Below, one piece after another: positions 1-9,033 of a stretch of DNA of 41,579 bases. The stretch's first letter is position 1; each line of letters begins with the position of its first letter. The notes under the pieces were generated by a model. The model searched no databases, was not told the origin of the DNA, and worked only from the letters and a program-made list of their open reading frames with translations. A program made the position numbers and the translations under genes. The stretch is from IMG/VR virus record IMGVR_UViG_2545824709_000014; one strand, given 5' to 3'. This DNA is from a virus. Lineage: Duplodnaviria > Heunggongvirae > Uroviricota > Caudoviricetes.

Positions 1-39
1 ATGGCGCTCATAAATCTGGTATACTTACCTTTACACATT

Positions 40-402
40 GGGGCTGATTCTGGATTCGACGGGATTTGCGAAACCCAAGGTGCATGCCGAGGGGCGGTTG
101 GCCTCGTAAAAAGCCGCAAAAAATAGTCGCAAACGACGAAAACTACGCTTTAGCAGCTTAATAACCTGCTTAGAGCCCTCTCTCCCTAGCCTCCGCTCTT
201 AGGACGGGGATCAAGAGAGGTCAAACCCAAAAGAGATCGCGTGGAAGCCCTGCCTGGGGTTGAAGCGTTAAAACTTAATCAGGCTAGTTTGTTAGTGGCG
301 TGTCCGTCCGCAGCTGGCAAGCGAATGTAAAGACTGACTAAGCATGTAGTACCGAGGATGTAGGAATTTCGGACGCGGGTTCAACTCCCGCCAGCTCCAC
401 CA
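40..402 (+). ncRNA. ssrA: tmRNA (SsrA), 363 nt, ending in CCA
   Basis: Begins GGGGCTGATTCTGGATTCGACGGG and ends ...GTTCAACTCCCGCCAGCTCCACCA; contains the tag-reading-frame region; matches the E. coli tmRNA as I recall it. Confidence 0.93.
358..402. repeat. att core, left copy (3' end of ssrA)
   Basis: 45 bp ATGTAGGAATTTCGGACGCGGGTTCAACTCCCGCCAGCTCCACCA, identical to 35367-35411. Confidence 0.85.
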
Positions 403-412
403 AATAAAACAA

Positions 413-444
413 GGGGTTACGTGAAAACGTAGCCCCTTTTTCTT
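413..444 (+). terminator. Rho-independent terminator after ssrA
   Basis: Hairpin GGGGTTACG-tgaaaa-CGTAGCCCC followed by TTTTTCTTT. Confidence 0.7.
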
Positions 445-447
445 TGG

Positions 448-470
448 TAGTGGCGGCAAAATGGCGATAG
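448..470. repeat. GGCGGCAA / ATGGCG motifs about 50 bp inside the left att core (possible Int arm-type sites)
   Basis: tagtGGCGGCAAaATGGCGatag; related ATGGCGGCAAC motifs recur at 35226-35276 inside the right end. Confidence 0.3.
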
Positions 471-575
471 CTATGGACTAGGGTTGGGTCCACCCACATT
501 GCCCTCTATCCTTATGAGTGATCGCACACACGCCTCTACTTTCAAGCTATATTCTAATCTCAATATGAGGCTACT

Positions 576-1289
576 ATGGACTTCAACCTGAACAAAAAAA
601 TGCCAGTTAATAGATATCTTGTGATAATAGTTTTTGTCCTTTTCATCTTAGCCTGTATGCAGTTTATTTATCTTTGCCTTCGTTCATTAAGCATTGCCCC
701 AAACTATACGGGAACTGTAAGTGACATTATAATAGCTACAACAAATATTATTTTAGCTACCTACGCCGTTCGTGCATTCAAAAACTTATTTAAAGATAAA
801 CTATCCGATAATGCCATTAGTAAAATAGATACAGCATTGATGTCTCTCGATGATTGCATAGATAGTTTTTCAAGCTTATTTTTAAATATGACACTTATTA
901 AGATTTATAAAAACACTAATAACCCCAAGGACCCTCAGTTAGTTAAACAGCTCGATGAAGCAGCAAAAAACATTGAAAAAGCAACAAGTTCAGCCTACAA
1001 GGCAAGATCTATAATTGACTCATTAACTCGTTGGAATATAAGCTTAAACACAGAAAAAGGAATAAGACTAAACCAACTTACCGCTGATGTTTTTGAGTTA
1101 GGCATGCAGGCAACAAATATGTATATCGCACTAATAAATGAAATAAACCCTAACTCCCCATACAACTCTTTAACTCATAGACCATTTGATGAGTTATTTA
1201 ACGAATTTAATGAAGAAAGGATCAGAGTTGAAGACGAAAGCAATGAATTAAAAGAGTTCTCTATTCATGAAATATTTAAAATCAAATAA
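576..1289 (+). CDS. Hypothetical membrane-anchored protein (two N-terminal hydrophobic helices plus a soluble domain of about 170 aa); AT-rich cargo gene
   Basis: 237 aa ORF with GAGG 6-9 nt upstream of ATG; hydrophobic segments LVIIVFVLFILACMQFIYLCL and IIIATTNIILATYAV; AT-rich codon usage unlike the flanking phage genes; no family recognised. Confidence 0.6.
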   Translation: MDFNLNKKMPVNRYLVIIVFVLFILACMQFIYLCLRSLSIAPNYTGTVSDIIIATTNIILATYAVRAFKNLFKDKLSDNAISKIDTALMSLDDCIDSFSSLFLNMTLIKIYKNTNNPKDPQLVKQLDEAAKNIEKATSSAYKARSIIDSLTRWNISLNTEKGIRLNQLTADVFELGMQATNMYIALINEINPNSPYNSLTHRPFDELFNEFNEERIRVEDESNELKEFSIHEIFKIK

Positions 1290-1364
1290 GTTATTATAGA
1301 ATAATTTTAAAAAATCATTTGCATTCTTCTTGTGTCAAAAATCAAATAACTGTCTCGATATTAT

Positions 1365-1387
1365 TCAAAACCCGCCAGCGGCGGGTT
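1365..1387 (-). terminator. Hairpin terminator downstream of ogr
   Basis: CCCGCC-agc-GGCGGG stem; on the minus strand it is followed by TTTTGAATAAT. Confidence 0.5.
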
Positions 1388-1391
1388 AGTA

Positions 1392-1607
1392 TCAGTAAAC
1401 TAATTGCTCCTGCATCCCTTTGGGATGCGGTGGGGCGGCACTGATTTTCTCGGGACGACAAACAGAACGAACAAAGGTTTCATGCGTTACAAATGTATGC
1501 CCACACTCAATATTAGTGCACTGATTGTAACGCTCTTTGGTTTGAGAGGAGACTTGAAAACTACTGCGAGTATGTGCGGCCTGACCACACAACGGACAAT
1601 TCATCAT
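1392..1607 (-). CDS. ogr: Late-gene transcription activator Ogr (C4 zinc finger)
   Basis: 71 aa; CPLCG...CTNIECGHTF matches P2 Ogr (CPLC...C..C); position next to D and the att end as in P2. Confidence 0.85.
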   Translation of the reverse strand: MMNCPLCGQAAHTRSSFQVSSQTKERYNQCTNIECGHTFVTHETFVRSVCRPEKISAAPPHPKGMQEQLVY

Positions 1608-1675
1608 TTATCAACTCTCCTCATCTTTGCTATATTTACAATAATGATACACCATTATTCAATATTGAGAACCAT

Positions 1676-2776
1676 TTATTCCATCTCAAGATCACCAATC
1701 CTCACTTCAAGCTCAAGACTGGTCGTAAAACCGTTATCCGGGCTGACGGTATGTGTCAGAGTCGTAATGGTCCATTCCGCATCATCTATCGGCTGTTTAA
1801 AGCCACTGACTTTCACTGGCATTTCCGTGTAGAGATCTGCCCGCCCTTCTGCCAGTTGTAGCGAGAATGACGCAACGCCGCGTTGCAGGCGTTCCCACTG
1901 CATTGTCGCCGCTCGTTCGGCGTTGCTCCGGTTGGCATAAGTGCGATTAAGTACCAGAACGTTTTCATCCGTACCCACCAGGTAATCGCCCTGCTTCGCT
2001 TCTGGCTCTTTCTTCTGCTTCTTAGTTCTGCGCTTACGCTTCACCGTGGTGCTTTCTTTCTTCGCAGGTTCGCGGGTATGCAACCAGCTGGCAATTACGC
2101 CCGTGTAGGCTCCGCGATCTGCCAGGGTAAAGCGGTGACTGTCGCCGTCCTTGCGTGTGATAGTGATCACTGGCAGTGGTTTACCAGTGGCGCTTTTGCC
2201 CTGCCCCTGCCGGATGAATAGCAGATTGCCATTTTTCACCGACGCGATGGCACCGTACTGTCGCGCCAGCCGCATCAGAAAACTGCCGTCACTCTCATTA
2301 GTCTGGTCTATATGTTCCACGGGCTTATCCGACAGGTCTTTACCCAGCGCCATCTTCAGCTTGTGACGCGCGGCTATTTCCTTCACCACTTCCCCAACTG
2401 TGGTCTTGTGCCACGATTTTTCACGGCGGGGATTCAGGGTTTCCCGAAAATCAGCACTTCGCGCCCGGATAGTCAGGCGGTCCGGTGCGCCAGTGTGTTC
2501 AATCTCATCCACCGTGAATGCCCCTTTCGGGAAAAGCGGCTGCCCCTTCCAGCCCAGCGCCAGCGTAATGACCGCACCACGGCGCGGCAGCACGATTTTT
2601 CCGTCAGCGTCGTCCAGCTCCAGATCAAGCTGGTCCGCTTCAAAGCCCCGGTTATCCGTCAGCGTAAGCCCCATCAGGCGGTTGTCCAGCACAGTGGTTA
2701 TATCCCTGCCTTCAATACTGATGCTGAATGCCGGAGTTTTGTTGCCTTTGTTAAGCAGTTCAGAGCTGAAATTCAC
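1676..2776 (-). CDS. D: Tail protein D
   Basis: 366 aa; position and size as P2 gpD; overlaps the U stop. Confidence 0.8.
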   Translation of the reverse strand: MNFSSELLNKGNKTPAFSISIEGRDITTVLDNRLMGLTLTDNRGFEADQLDLELDDADGKIVLPRRGAVITLALGWKGQPLFPKGAFTVDEIEHTGAPDRLTIRARSADFRETLNPRREKSWHKTTVGEVVKEIAARHKLKMALGKDLSDKPVEHIDQTNESDGSFLMRLARQYGAIASVKNGNLLFIRQGQGKSATGKPLPVITITRKDGDSHRFTLADRGAYTGVIASWLHTREPAKKESTTVKRKRRTKKQKKEPEAKQGDYLVGTDENVLVLNRTYANRSNAERAATMQWERLQRGVASFSLQLAEGRADLYTEMPVKVSGFKQPIDDAEWTITTLTHTVSPDNGFTTSLELEVRIGDLEME

Positions 2777-3258
2777 GACAGCAGCCCTCCCACCGTTTTA
2801 CTGATATCGCTTAAGGCAGACGTTGCCGTGTCCTGCAGATTATTCAGTTGAGTACTGAGATCACCGAACATATCGGACAGGGATTCATCCACCCGTTTTA
2901 GCGACAGGGTGAACTCAATCCTGCGCGGCATACCGTCGCGGAAAAACTCCGTTTTAGTCTGATTCAGTCCCTCAATCACATACATGCCGTAAATCGTGCC
3001 GCTACCTTCAATCAGGGGCCATGCTTTCCCCTGTTCTGCCATCTGCTCCAGTGCCAGCAACGACAGCCTGCCGCCTGTTATCTCCGGCATAAGAACACCG
3101 GAAAGCGTCAGCATGTCGTTGTCCGGTCCCAGAAACTGCGTGGACGGACGACGGTTTACCCGGCTGTTTGCCGCATGTCGCCAGCTGCGTTGATACTGCA
3201 GTTCCTGATACGGCACAGTGCGAAGCATAAACACGTACAATCCCAGCACCATCATCAT
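2773..3258 (-). CDS. U: Tail protein U
   Basis: 161 aa; synteny T-U-D; size as P2 gpU. Confidence 0.75.
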   Translation of the reverse strand: MMMVLGLYVFMLRTVPYQELQYQRSWRHAANSRVNRRPSTQFLGPDNDMLTLSGVLMPEITGGRLSLLALEQMAEQGKAWPLIEGSGTIYGMYVIEGLNQTKTEFFRDGMPRRIEFTLSLKRVDESLSDMFGDLSTQLNNLQDTATSALSDISKTVGGLLS

Positions 3259-6200
3259 GCGTCGTATCCCCCCTGATCGCTGTAGTTACTCCTGGCCTTT
3301 GCCTTCAGCCTGCGTTCACGTTCATCAAGCTGGCGGGCCACCTCCCGCGCAATATCCTGCGCACTTTGTCCTGGCTGCGTCTGGATGATGATCTGCGTCG
3401 GTGCCTCAATCCTGTAAACGGGTGGCACAGTGGCTGCGCGACTCACAATTGCTTCTCCACCTTTCGCGGGAAGTGCCAAAGGGTGCAACGGTGGAAGCTC
3501 TGCTGGCGCGGCAGCAACTCCCATCATTCCGGTAACAACGGCAGCCAGTGCAGCTGTATTTCTCCGGCTGGTCACATTTGCCGGGCCGTTAACAATTTCC
3601 GGCCCGTTTTCACCGACGATGCCAAACTGCCCGCGCGGGATATAGCCGCCGCTGTCATACATCCCCGCAAAGCCATATCCCCATGACGGAAAACCACCCG
3701 ATGGCATCATCACTTTACCGTCAGCATTCACCGTCGCAGGTTGCTGGCGCGTCACGCTTTCCGGCAGTTTTGCCTTTGCGACCTCTTTACTGACAATGCC
3801 GAGCTTCTCCAGCAACCAGGAAACGCCGGATTTCAGGGAGTCCAGCGGATGCATGACCATATTCAGCCCTTCCGCCAGTGCCTCCCCGAATCGTCGCCCC
3901 ATTGCCGCTGCACTCTGCAGTTCGACAGAGGTCGACTTAACGGGCGTCAGCAGATCAGTAAACCAGCCCCACAGCGCCTGTACTTTGTCGCCAATCCACT
4001 GGAACACGGGCTTAAGCGGTTCGAATGCTTCACTGACGGGACCTGCCGCCGCTTTGAATCCCTCCACCACGCCACCAAGAAATGCGGTGATGGGTTGCCA
4101 GTATTTCCAGACAACCAGCGCCACGCCCGCCAGTGCAGTAACCACAAGACCTATCGGACTGAGCAGAGCACCTAACAGACCAGATACGGCATACAGGGCA
4201 ACGCGCAGCATCGCCAGTGGACCAGATGCCAGTACTCGCAGCACCGTGCCTGCGGCGGCCAGTCCACCGCGCAGTACCGCCAGAGGATTCATAAACATCA
4301 CAGCAACAGCACGTAAACCGGATAATCCAGACCGCAAAAGTGCAATCGGCGCACCTGCTACAGTTTTCAGGACATTTCCCGTCAGTAATGCCGTGCGGCG
4401 CAAAGACGACAACGGCGCAGTAAGTAAACCTGCGGCGTTGCCCGATGAAGCAAGCCCGCGTCGCAGCAGTGCCAGTGGTGCGCCAGCCAGCCAGGACAAC
4501 GCGCTGCTGGTTCGGGTTACTGCTGCCGTAACGGAAGGTAACGTTTTGATACCCAGCACAGAGAATCCCAGACGAATCACTGCCAGCGGCCCCAGCACTG
4601 CAGCCAGTGCCACCGCTAAGGTTCCGAGGCCTACGGTAACCGCAGCCACCACAGCGGCTACTTTCATCAGTGTGCCTGTCAGTTCCGGGTTAGCTTCCAC
4701 CCAGCGGCGCAACGCCCCCGTGATGCTTTTCACCGTGTACAGAATATCCATCAGCGGCTGGCGCAGCGTTTCGCCCAGGCTGCTGAAGGTGTTCTGCGCT
4801 CCGGTTTTGACCAGCAACCACTGCGCAGAAAGTGAGTCCTTGTTAATGTCGGATTCTTTCTGCATGGAGCCGAGCGCATCATTGCCCGCTGTCAGTTTTA
4901 GCTGGCGCTGCAGTTCCGGCAGGTTGTTTGCCAGTTTCGCCGCGTCATCGCCAAACTCTTTACCAAACAACATGGTCATGGCAGACAGACGTTTATCCTG
5001 CGGCAGTGCGTTCACCTTCTCCAGTACGCGCTGGATAGTTCCCATCGCATCCTTCGTCATCTGCTTTTCAATCACTTCAGGATTGAGTTTCAGCAGATTC
5101 ATCCCTTCAAAGAAACTCTTGCTTTGCATGGTGGCAATGGACAATTCACGCACCATCGCGTTTGCTGCACTGGCTGCAACCTCTGGCGCAGCGCCCAGTG
5201 TCAGAAAGGTGGAACCCAGCGCCGCCGCTTTACGATAATCCAGACGATCAGCCACACCGCCCAGGCGTTGCATGACATCAATGATGTCTGCCCCTTTCGA
5301 CATGGCGTTATCATCCAGATAGTTCAGCGCATCACCGAGCTGTTCAATATTGCGGGTAGGAATTTTGTAGAGCTGGGCGATTTTCCCCAGACTTTCTGAC
5401 AGTTCATCCGCTGGCAGCTCAAAGGCTGTTGCCGCCTTTGCTGCCGTACTGGCGAAGGCCAGCAGGTCACGTTTCTGGTCCTCCCAGCTGTCGTCAGGGT
5501 TTGCGACGTTCATGCGCGCCCCACCTTCAACCAGTGCAGCGAAATCCACCGCACCGTTTTCCATCGGCAACTGTTCGCTGGCAGCCTTGATGGCATCCTG
5601 CATTTCATAAAAACGTGCAGTGCGGTTGCCATTATCGTCACGCAGACCATTGACCTGCTTTGCCACACCTTTCATGGCATCTTCCATGCTGGTATAGCTT
5701 TTTACTGCCGCCATCACTGGTGCGCCCATTGCCAGCCCTGCAGCCGTGGTGGTGGCTCCGGCACCTGCAATACGATCGCGCACCTCCAGCGAACGGGCAT
5801 AACTGGCACGCGCTGCATTCATCCTGCGCTGAGCTTCCCCCAGTCGCTTCAGCCGCGCCTCCTGTTTCGAAAGTTCCTGGTTATAACGTGATGTTTCACG
5901 GGCTAAACGGGCAGTTGCTCCCGCATCATCTTTCGCAGAAATTCCCGCCCGGTACAGTTCAGCACGCACAAGCGCCGTTTGCTTCTGCAAATATTTTTGT
6001 TGTTCTTCCAGGCGTTGGACTGCCAGCGTTTGCCGACCTAAAGCCACAAGATGCCTTTGTGATGGTTGCTCCATCGCCTCCAGCTCAGAGCTAAGCAAAT
6101 TAGCCTTCTGTCTGGCATAGTTCAGCCTGTCGCCTAACTTCTTGTTATCAGCCTGCAGCTTGCGAAATTTTTCCAGGCTGTTACCCACCTGATTGAGTTG

Positions 6201-6332
6201 CTTTAATGCGTCACGGGAGTTTCTGATTGCGCCAGCCAGCTCTTTCGAACTGGCCTGTGCAGCACGGAATGGGCGGGTGAGTTTGTCAACCGCATTAAGA
6301 ATGACCTGCAGGCGCAGGTTGTTATCACTCAT
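3255..6332 (-). CDS. T: Tail tape measure protein T
   Basis: 1025 aa; Ala/Gly-rich with coiled-coil N-terminus and hydrophobic repeat segments; immediately downstream of E/E'. Confidence 0.85.
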   Translation of the reverse strand: MSDNNLRLQVILNAVDKLTRPFRAAQASSKELAGAIRNSRDALKQLNQVGNSLEKFRKLQADNKKLGDRLNYARQKANLLSSELEAMEQPSQRHLVALGRQTLAVQRLEEQQKYLQKQTALVRAELYRAGISAKDDAGATARLARETSRYNQELSKQEARLKRLGEAQRRMNAARASYARSLEVRDRIAGAGATTTAAGLAMGAPVMAAVKSYTSMEDAMKGVAKQVNGLRDDNGNRTARFYEMQDAIKAASEQLPMENGAVDFAALVEGGARMNVANPDDSWEDQKRDLLAFASTAAKAATAFELPADELSESLGKIAQLYKIPTRNIEQLGDALNYLDDNAMSKGADIIDVMQRLGGVADRLDYRKAAALGSTFLTLGAAPEVAASAANAMVRELSIATMQSKSFFEGMNLLKLNPEVIEKQMTKDAMGTIQRVLEKVNALPQDKRLSAMTMLFGKEFGDDAAKLANNLPELQRQLKLTAGNDALGSMQKESDINKDSLSAQWLLVKTGAQNTFSSLGETLRQPLMDILYTVKSITGALRRWVEANPELTGTLMKVAAVVAAVTVGLGTLAVALAAVLGPLAVIRLGFSVLGIKTLPSVTAAVTRTSSALSWLAGAPLALLRRGLASSGNAAGLLTAPLSSLRRTALLTGNVLKTVAGAPIALLRSGLSGLRAVAVMFMNPLAVLRGGLAAAGTVLRVLASGPLAMLRVALYAVSGLLGALLSPIGLVVTALAGVALVVWKYWQPITAFLGGVVEGFKAAAGPVSEAFEPLKPVFQWIGDKVQALWGWFTDLLTPVKSTSVELQSAAAMGRRFGEALAEGLNMVMHPLDSLKSGVSWLLEKLGIVSKEVAKAKLPESVTRQQPATVNADGKVMMPSGGFPSWGYGFAGMYDSGGYIPRGQFGIVGENGPEIVNGPANVTSRRNTAALAAVVTGMMGVAAAPAELPPLHPLALPAKGGEAIVSRAATVPPVYRIEAPTQIIIQTQPGQSAQDIAREVARQLDERERRLKAKARSNYSDQGGYDA

Positions 6333-6761
6333 CGTTGGCCCCGCATCTCTGAATCGCTTTATACCGCCATTCCAGCACTTCGGTCAGCGGCATAACGTCA
6401 GTAACGGATGGCGGCCAGTGAAAAATGGTGGCGATATCTGCCACCAGATCGTCAACCGTCAGGCTGTCGGTAAACCGGCAAGCACCGACTTCTTCAACAA
6501 AAAAGTGACAACCTCAACCGACATGGCTGTGAGATCTGCCGGGTCCATCTCTGCGATTTCCTGTGCAGTCAGTGCCGGACTGGAGATGCGGGGGATCACG
6601 GTCATCATCGCGTTCACATCCATATCCATAATGGCCTGCAGGCGTGTGCCGCGCAGCGCACCAGACTGCGGTTTACGCAACACAATTTCGGTAATTTCTG
6701 TTTTACCGCGCATGATGGGGGTATCCAGTTGAATGGTCTTTTCAGTCTGTTTATCGCTCAT
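6325..6761 (-). CDS. E+E': E+E' (-1 programmed frameshift product)
   Basis: Hand translation of the -1 frame from the slip site stays open to a TGA at about 6325-6327, overlapping the T start; same arrangement as P2 E/E+E'. Confidence 0.6.
6459..6761 (-). CDS. E: Tail assembly chaperone E
   Basis: 100 aa ORF between FII and T; contains slippery heptamer T_TTT_TTG near its 3' end. Confidence 0.75.
   Translation of the reverse strand: MSDKQTEKTIQLDTPIMRGKTEITEIVLRKPQSGALRGTRLQAIMDMDVNAMMTVIPRISSPALTAQEIAEMDPADLTAMSVEVVTFLLKKSVLAGLPTA
6498..6504 (-). other. Programmed -1 ribosomal frameshift site (T_TTT_TTG)
   Basis: Minus-strand heptamer TTTTTTG in E frame ACT TTT TTG; canonical P2-family E/E' slippery site. 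Confidence 0.65.
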
Positions 6762-6815
6762 TTTGTTGTCCTGTAAATTAGGTTCTGGCGCGGCATTCCG
6801 CGCCGTTCAGATACA

Positions 6816-7331
6816 TCAAAGGCCGAGGGCGTTGCGGTGCGCTTCCATCAGGTCCACACCGTCCACAATTTCCACCATGTTGATAAGGTCCACTTCATAG
6901 AGCACCTCACCATTGATGGTCAGCTTCGCGTAGCTGTTGGTACTGGTCACTTTGGTGGTGTTGCTTTCGCCCGTCTTCCACTCGCCGGAATCCACTTCTT
7001 TGTGACGTCCACGCACGACAAGCTCCACGGCCTGCACTTCCCCGGTATCGTCACGCTGGATAGAGCCGGTAAAGCGCAGCTGGATGCCATCCACCGTGGA
7101 TTTGCCCATCTGCTTAAACAGCAGCAGTTCAGTACCACCAATGGAAAATTCTGTATCCAGTGCACTGTCATCCAGTCCCAGATCCACATCCACCGCCCCC
7201 GGCATACCGCCGCCGCGATACTTCTCATATTTGCGGGTGAATTTCGGCAGCGTCAGCGACTCAACGATCCCCTGCCAGTTGTTCCCGTCGTTAAACAAGT
7301 TCAGATGTTTTAATTTACGTGGTAAAGCCAT
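6816..7331 (-). CDS. FII: Tail tube protein FII
   Basis: 171 aa; synteny FI-FII-E; size as P2 gpFII. Confidence 0.8.
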   Translation of the reverse strand: MALPRKLKHLNLFNDGNNWQGIVESLTLPKFTRKYEKYRGGGMPGAVDVDLGLDDSALDTEFSIGGTELLLFKQMGKSTVDGIQLRFTGSIQRDDTGEVQAVELVVRGRHKEVDSGEWKTGESNTTKVTSTNSYAKLTINGEVLYEVDLINMVEIVDGVDLMEAHRNALGL

Positions 7332-7340
7332 GTTGTCCCC

Positions 7341-8513
7341 TTACGCGCTGACCTGGCTGGCGAAATTCACCAGGTACTGATCGGTGATGCGCTGGCGCAG
7401 CATCAGATTTTCAAGTGGCGGCACTGGCGTGTAGTCGTAGTCGATGGTGAGTTTTCCGGCTTTAAGCGTGTCTTTGTCGTTCACCGACTCGTCCAGCCAG
7501 CAATCACCACCAATGAGATAGCCCTGACTGACCAGGTTGCGCATTTTGGCGCGGATACCTTCGATAATATCGCGGGCCAGCGACGGGTTAAGCGGTTTAT
7601 CCACCGCCCACATGTGTGCTTCTGCCATCGTGTCCATCAGCACCTGCGCCGTGCGGGTGTAGTTTTCGAAGACAAAGAGCGGGTCATCACTCAGGCAGCG
7701 GGAACCCCAGAAGCGGAAACCGTCTTTACGCACAAGCGTGGTGACGTCGTTCTGGTTAAGCAGTCCCGCATCAGTTGCCGGGTCCTGCAGATCCCAGAAC
7801 ACATCAGCAGAAATTCCGGTGACACCGTTCACGCCCACGTTGGACAGGCTTTTGTGCCATCCGGTCTGCTCATCAATTTTGGCGCGCAGACCGAGCGCAC
7901 GGGCGGTGGCATAAGCCGTTGCTTCGGCATTCAGCACCGTGTCCCAGCCAGTAAAGTCGGGCCAGATCAGCATTCCTTCACGCTGACTGAAGTTTTTACG
8001 GTAAGTGATTGCTTCCTGCACCGTCTTGCAACCATACGCTGACAGGTAAGCAAACCCACGCAGGCTTTGCGCCACGCTCAGCAACTCAGTAGCTACCGCC
8101 TTCGTGTCGTGACCTGGCACGCCGAGAATGCGCGGTTTAACGCCGAGCTGTGACTGGGCAGATAACAGGGCTTTCATGCCTGTTTTTTTACCTTCAGCAG
8201 TCACTGCGCCGATGATATTGGTCGTGGTTTCTTCTTCCGTTTCACCCTGCGGCACACGCACAACAACGGTCACGGGTTTTGCCTGGTCAGCGATGGCGTC
8301 CAGCGAACGGGCCAGCGTACCGGACTCACCCGCTTTACCGCTGGCAGTCAGCACATCAGTGATCAGCACGGGTTTATTAAGAGGAAACATTTTTGCATCG
8401 GCATCATCGCCCGTGCAGACCATACCCACGATGGCGGTGCTCACCGTGGTAATGGATCGGGTGCCTTCGTTGACTTCAACAACGCGCACCCCGTGGTGGT
8501 AATCCTGAGCCAT
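7341..8513 (-). CDS. FI: Contractile tail sheath protein FI
   Basis: 390 aa; position and size as P2 gpFI. Confidence 0.85.
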   Translation of the reverse strand: MAQDYHHGVRVVEVNEGTRSITTVSTAIVGMVCTGDDADAKMFPLNKPVLITDVLTASGKAGESGTLARSLDAIADQAKPVTVVVRVPQGETEEETTTNIIGAVTAEGKKTGMKALLSAQSQLGVKPRILGVPGHDTKAVATELLSVAQSLRGFAYLSAYGCKTVQEAITYRKNFSQREGMLIWPDFTGWDTVLNAEATAYATARALGLRAKIDEQTGWHKSLSNVGVNGVTGISADVFWDLQDPATDAGLLNQNDVTTLVRKDGFRFWGSRCLSDDPLFVFENYTRTAQVLMDTMAEAHMWAVDKPLNPSLARDIIEGIRAKMRNLVSQGYLIGGDCWLDESVNDKDTLKAGKLTIDYDYTPVPPLENLMLRQRITDQYLVNFASQVSA

Positions 8514-8589
8514 AGTGGCGAACCTCCTGATTGGATTAGGCTTCGCCCTATGTTGAAGTGATTGTGTCTGACAAGCAGCTAAGCGCAGT

Positions 8590-8607
8590 TGTACCGTTAT
8601 TCACACA
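8590..8607. promoter_or_regulatory. TGT-N12-ACA dyad (Ogr-type late promoter box) upstream of the FI operon
   Basis: TGTACCGTTATTCACACA between G and FI. Confidence 0.5.
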
Positions 8608-8619
8608 AAATGACGGTAT

Positions 8620-9033
8620 TTATCTGCTTGCAGGGAAAACAGGCCAAATAATATCAGGTGCGGTGCTGGTATCTGTTGCCGTCACAGCCTCGATATAATC
8701 CAGCACAACGTTAAGTCGGGTAGTTTCTTCTTGCGTCAGTTTGCGCCCGGCCTGCAGCTTTAACTGAATCACGCTGATATTGACCATTGCTGCGTCTAAC
8801 AGCGACTGTTTTTTCTGTTCAGCGTCAGCTACCAGTTCATCATGAGAACGTTCCGGAGTGGGTGGCGCAGTAAATCCCCCGTCTGAATACACCCAGCCGA
8901 TTCCGGGCTGCTCACTGATATCAGAAATATTAATGAGCTGCTGATTATCCGGCACTGTGAATTCAGCCTCGCCATCCCAGACAATGACATTCACAACCAT
9001 CCCATTTTCAATAACTGCATATGACGCATTCAT
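8620..9033 (-). CDS. G: Tail fiber assembly protein G
   Basis: Downstream of H; start placed at the internal ATG that overlaps the H stop (TAATG); ORF track alternative start is 9057. Confidence 0.65.
   Translation of the reverse strand: MNASYAVIENGMVVNVIVWDGEAEFTVPDNQQLINISDISEQPGIGWVYSDGGFTAPPTPERSHDELVADAEQKKQSLLDAAMVNISVIQLKLQAGRKLTQEETTRLNVVLDYIEAVTATDTSTAPDIIWPVFPASR

Noticed and set aside
1-39. ssrA promoter
   Set aside because: A TATACT hexamer is visible at 20-25, but the -35 region would lie outside the window, so no promoter is called.
1404-2851. Several plus-strand ORFs (1404-1832, 1883-2221, 2312-2851)
   Set aside because: All antisense to ogr and D, which have clear family features; treated as frame artefacts.
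3796-5238. 480-aa ORF on the plus strand
   Set aside because: Lies entirely antisense within the tape measure gene T; Ser/Ala/Pro/Arg-rich low-complexity translation typical of a GC-rich antisense frame; no start context.
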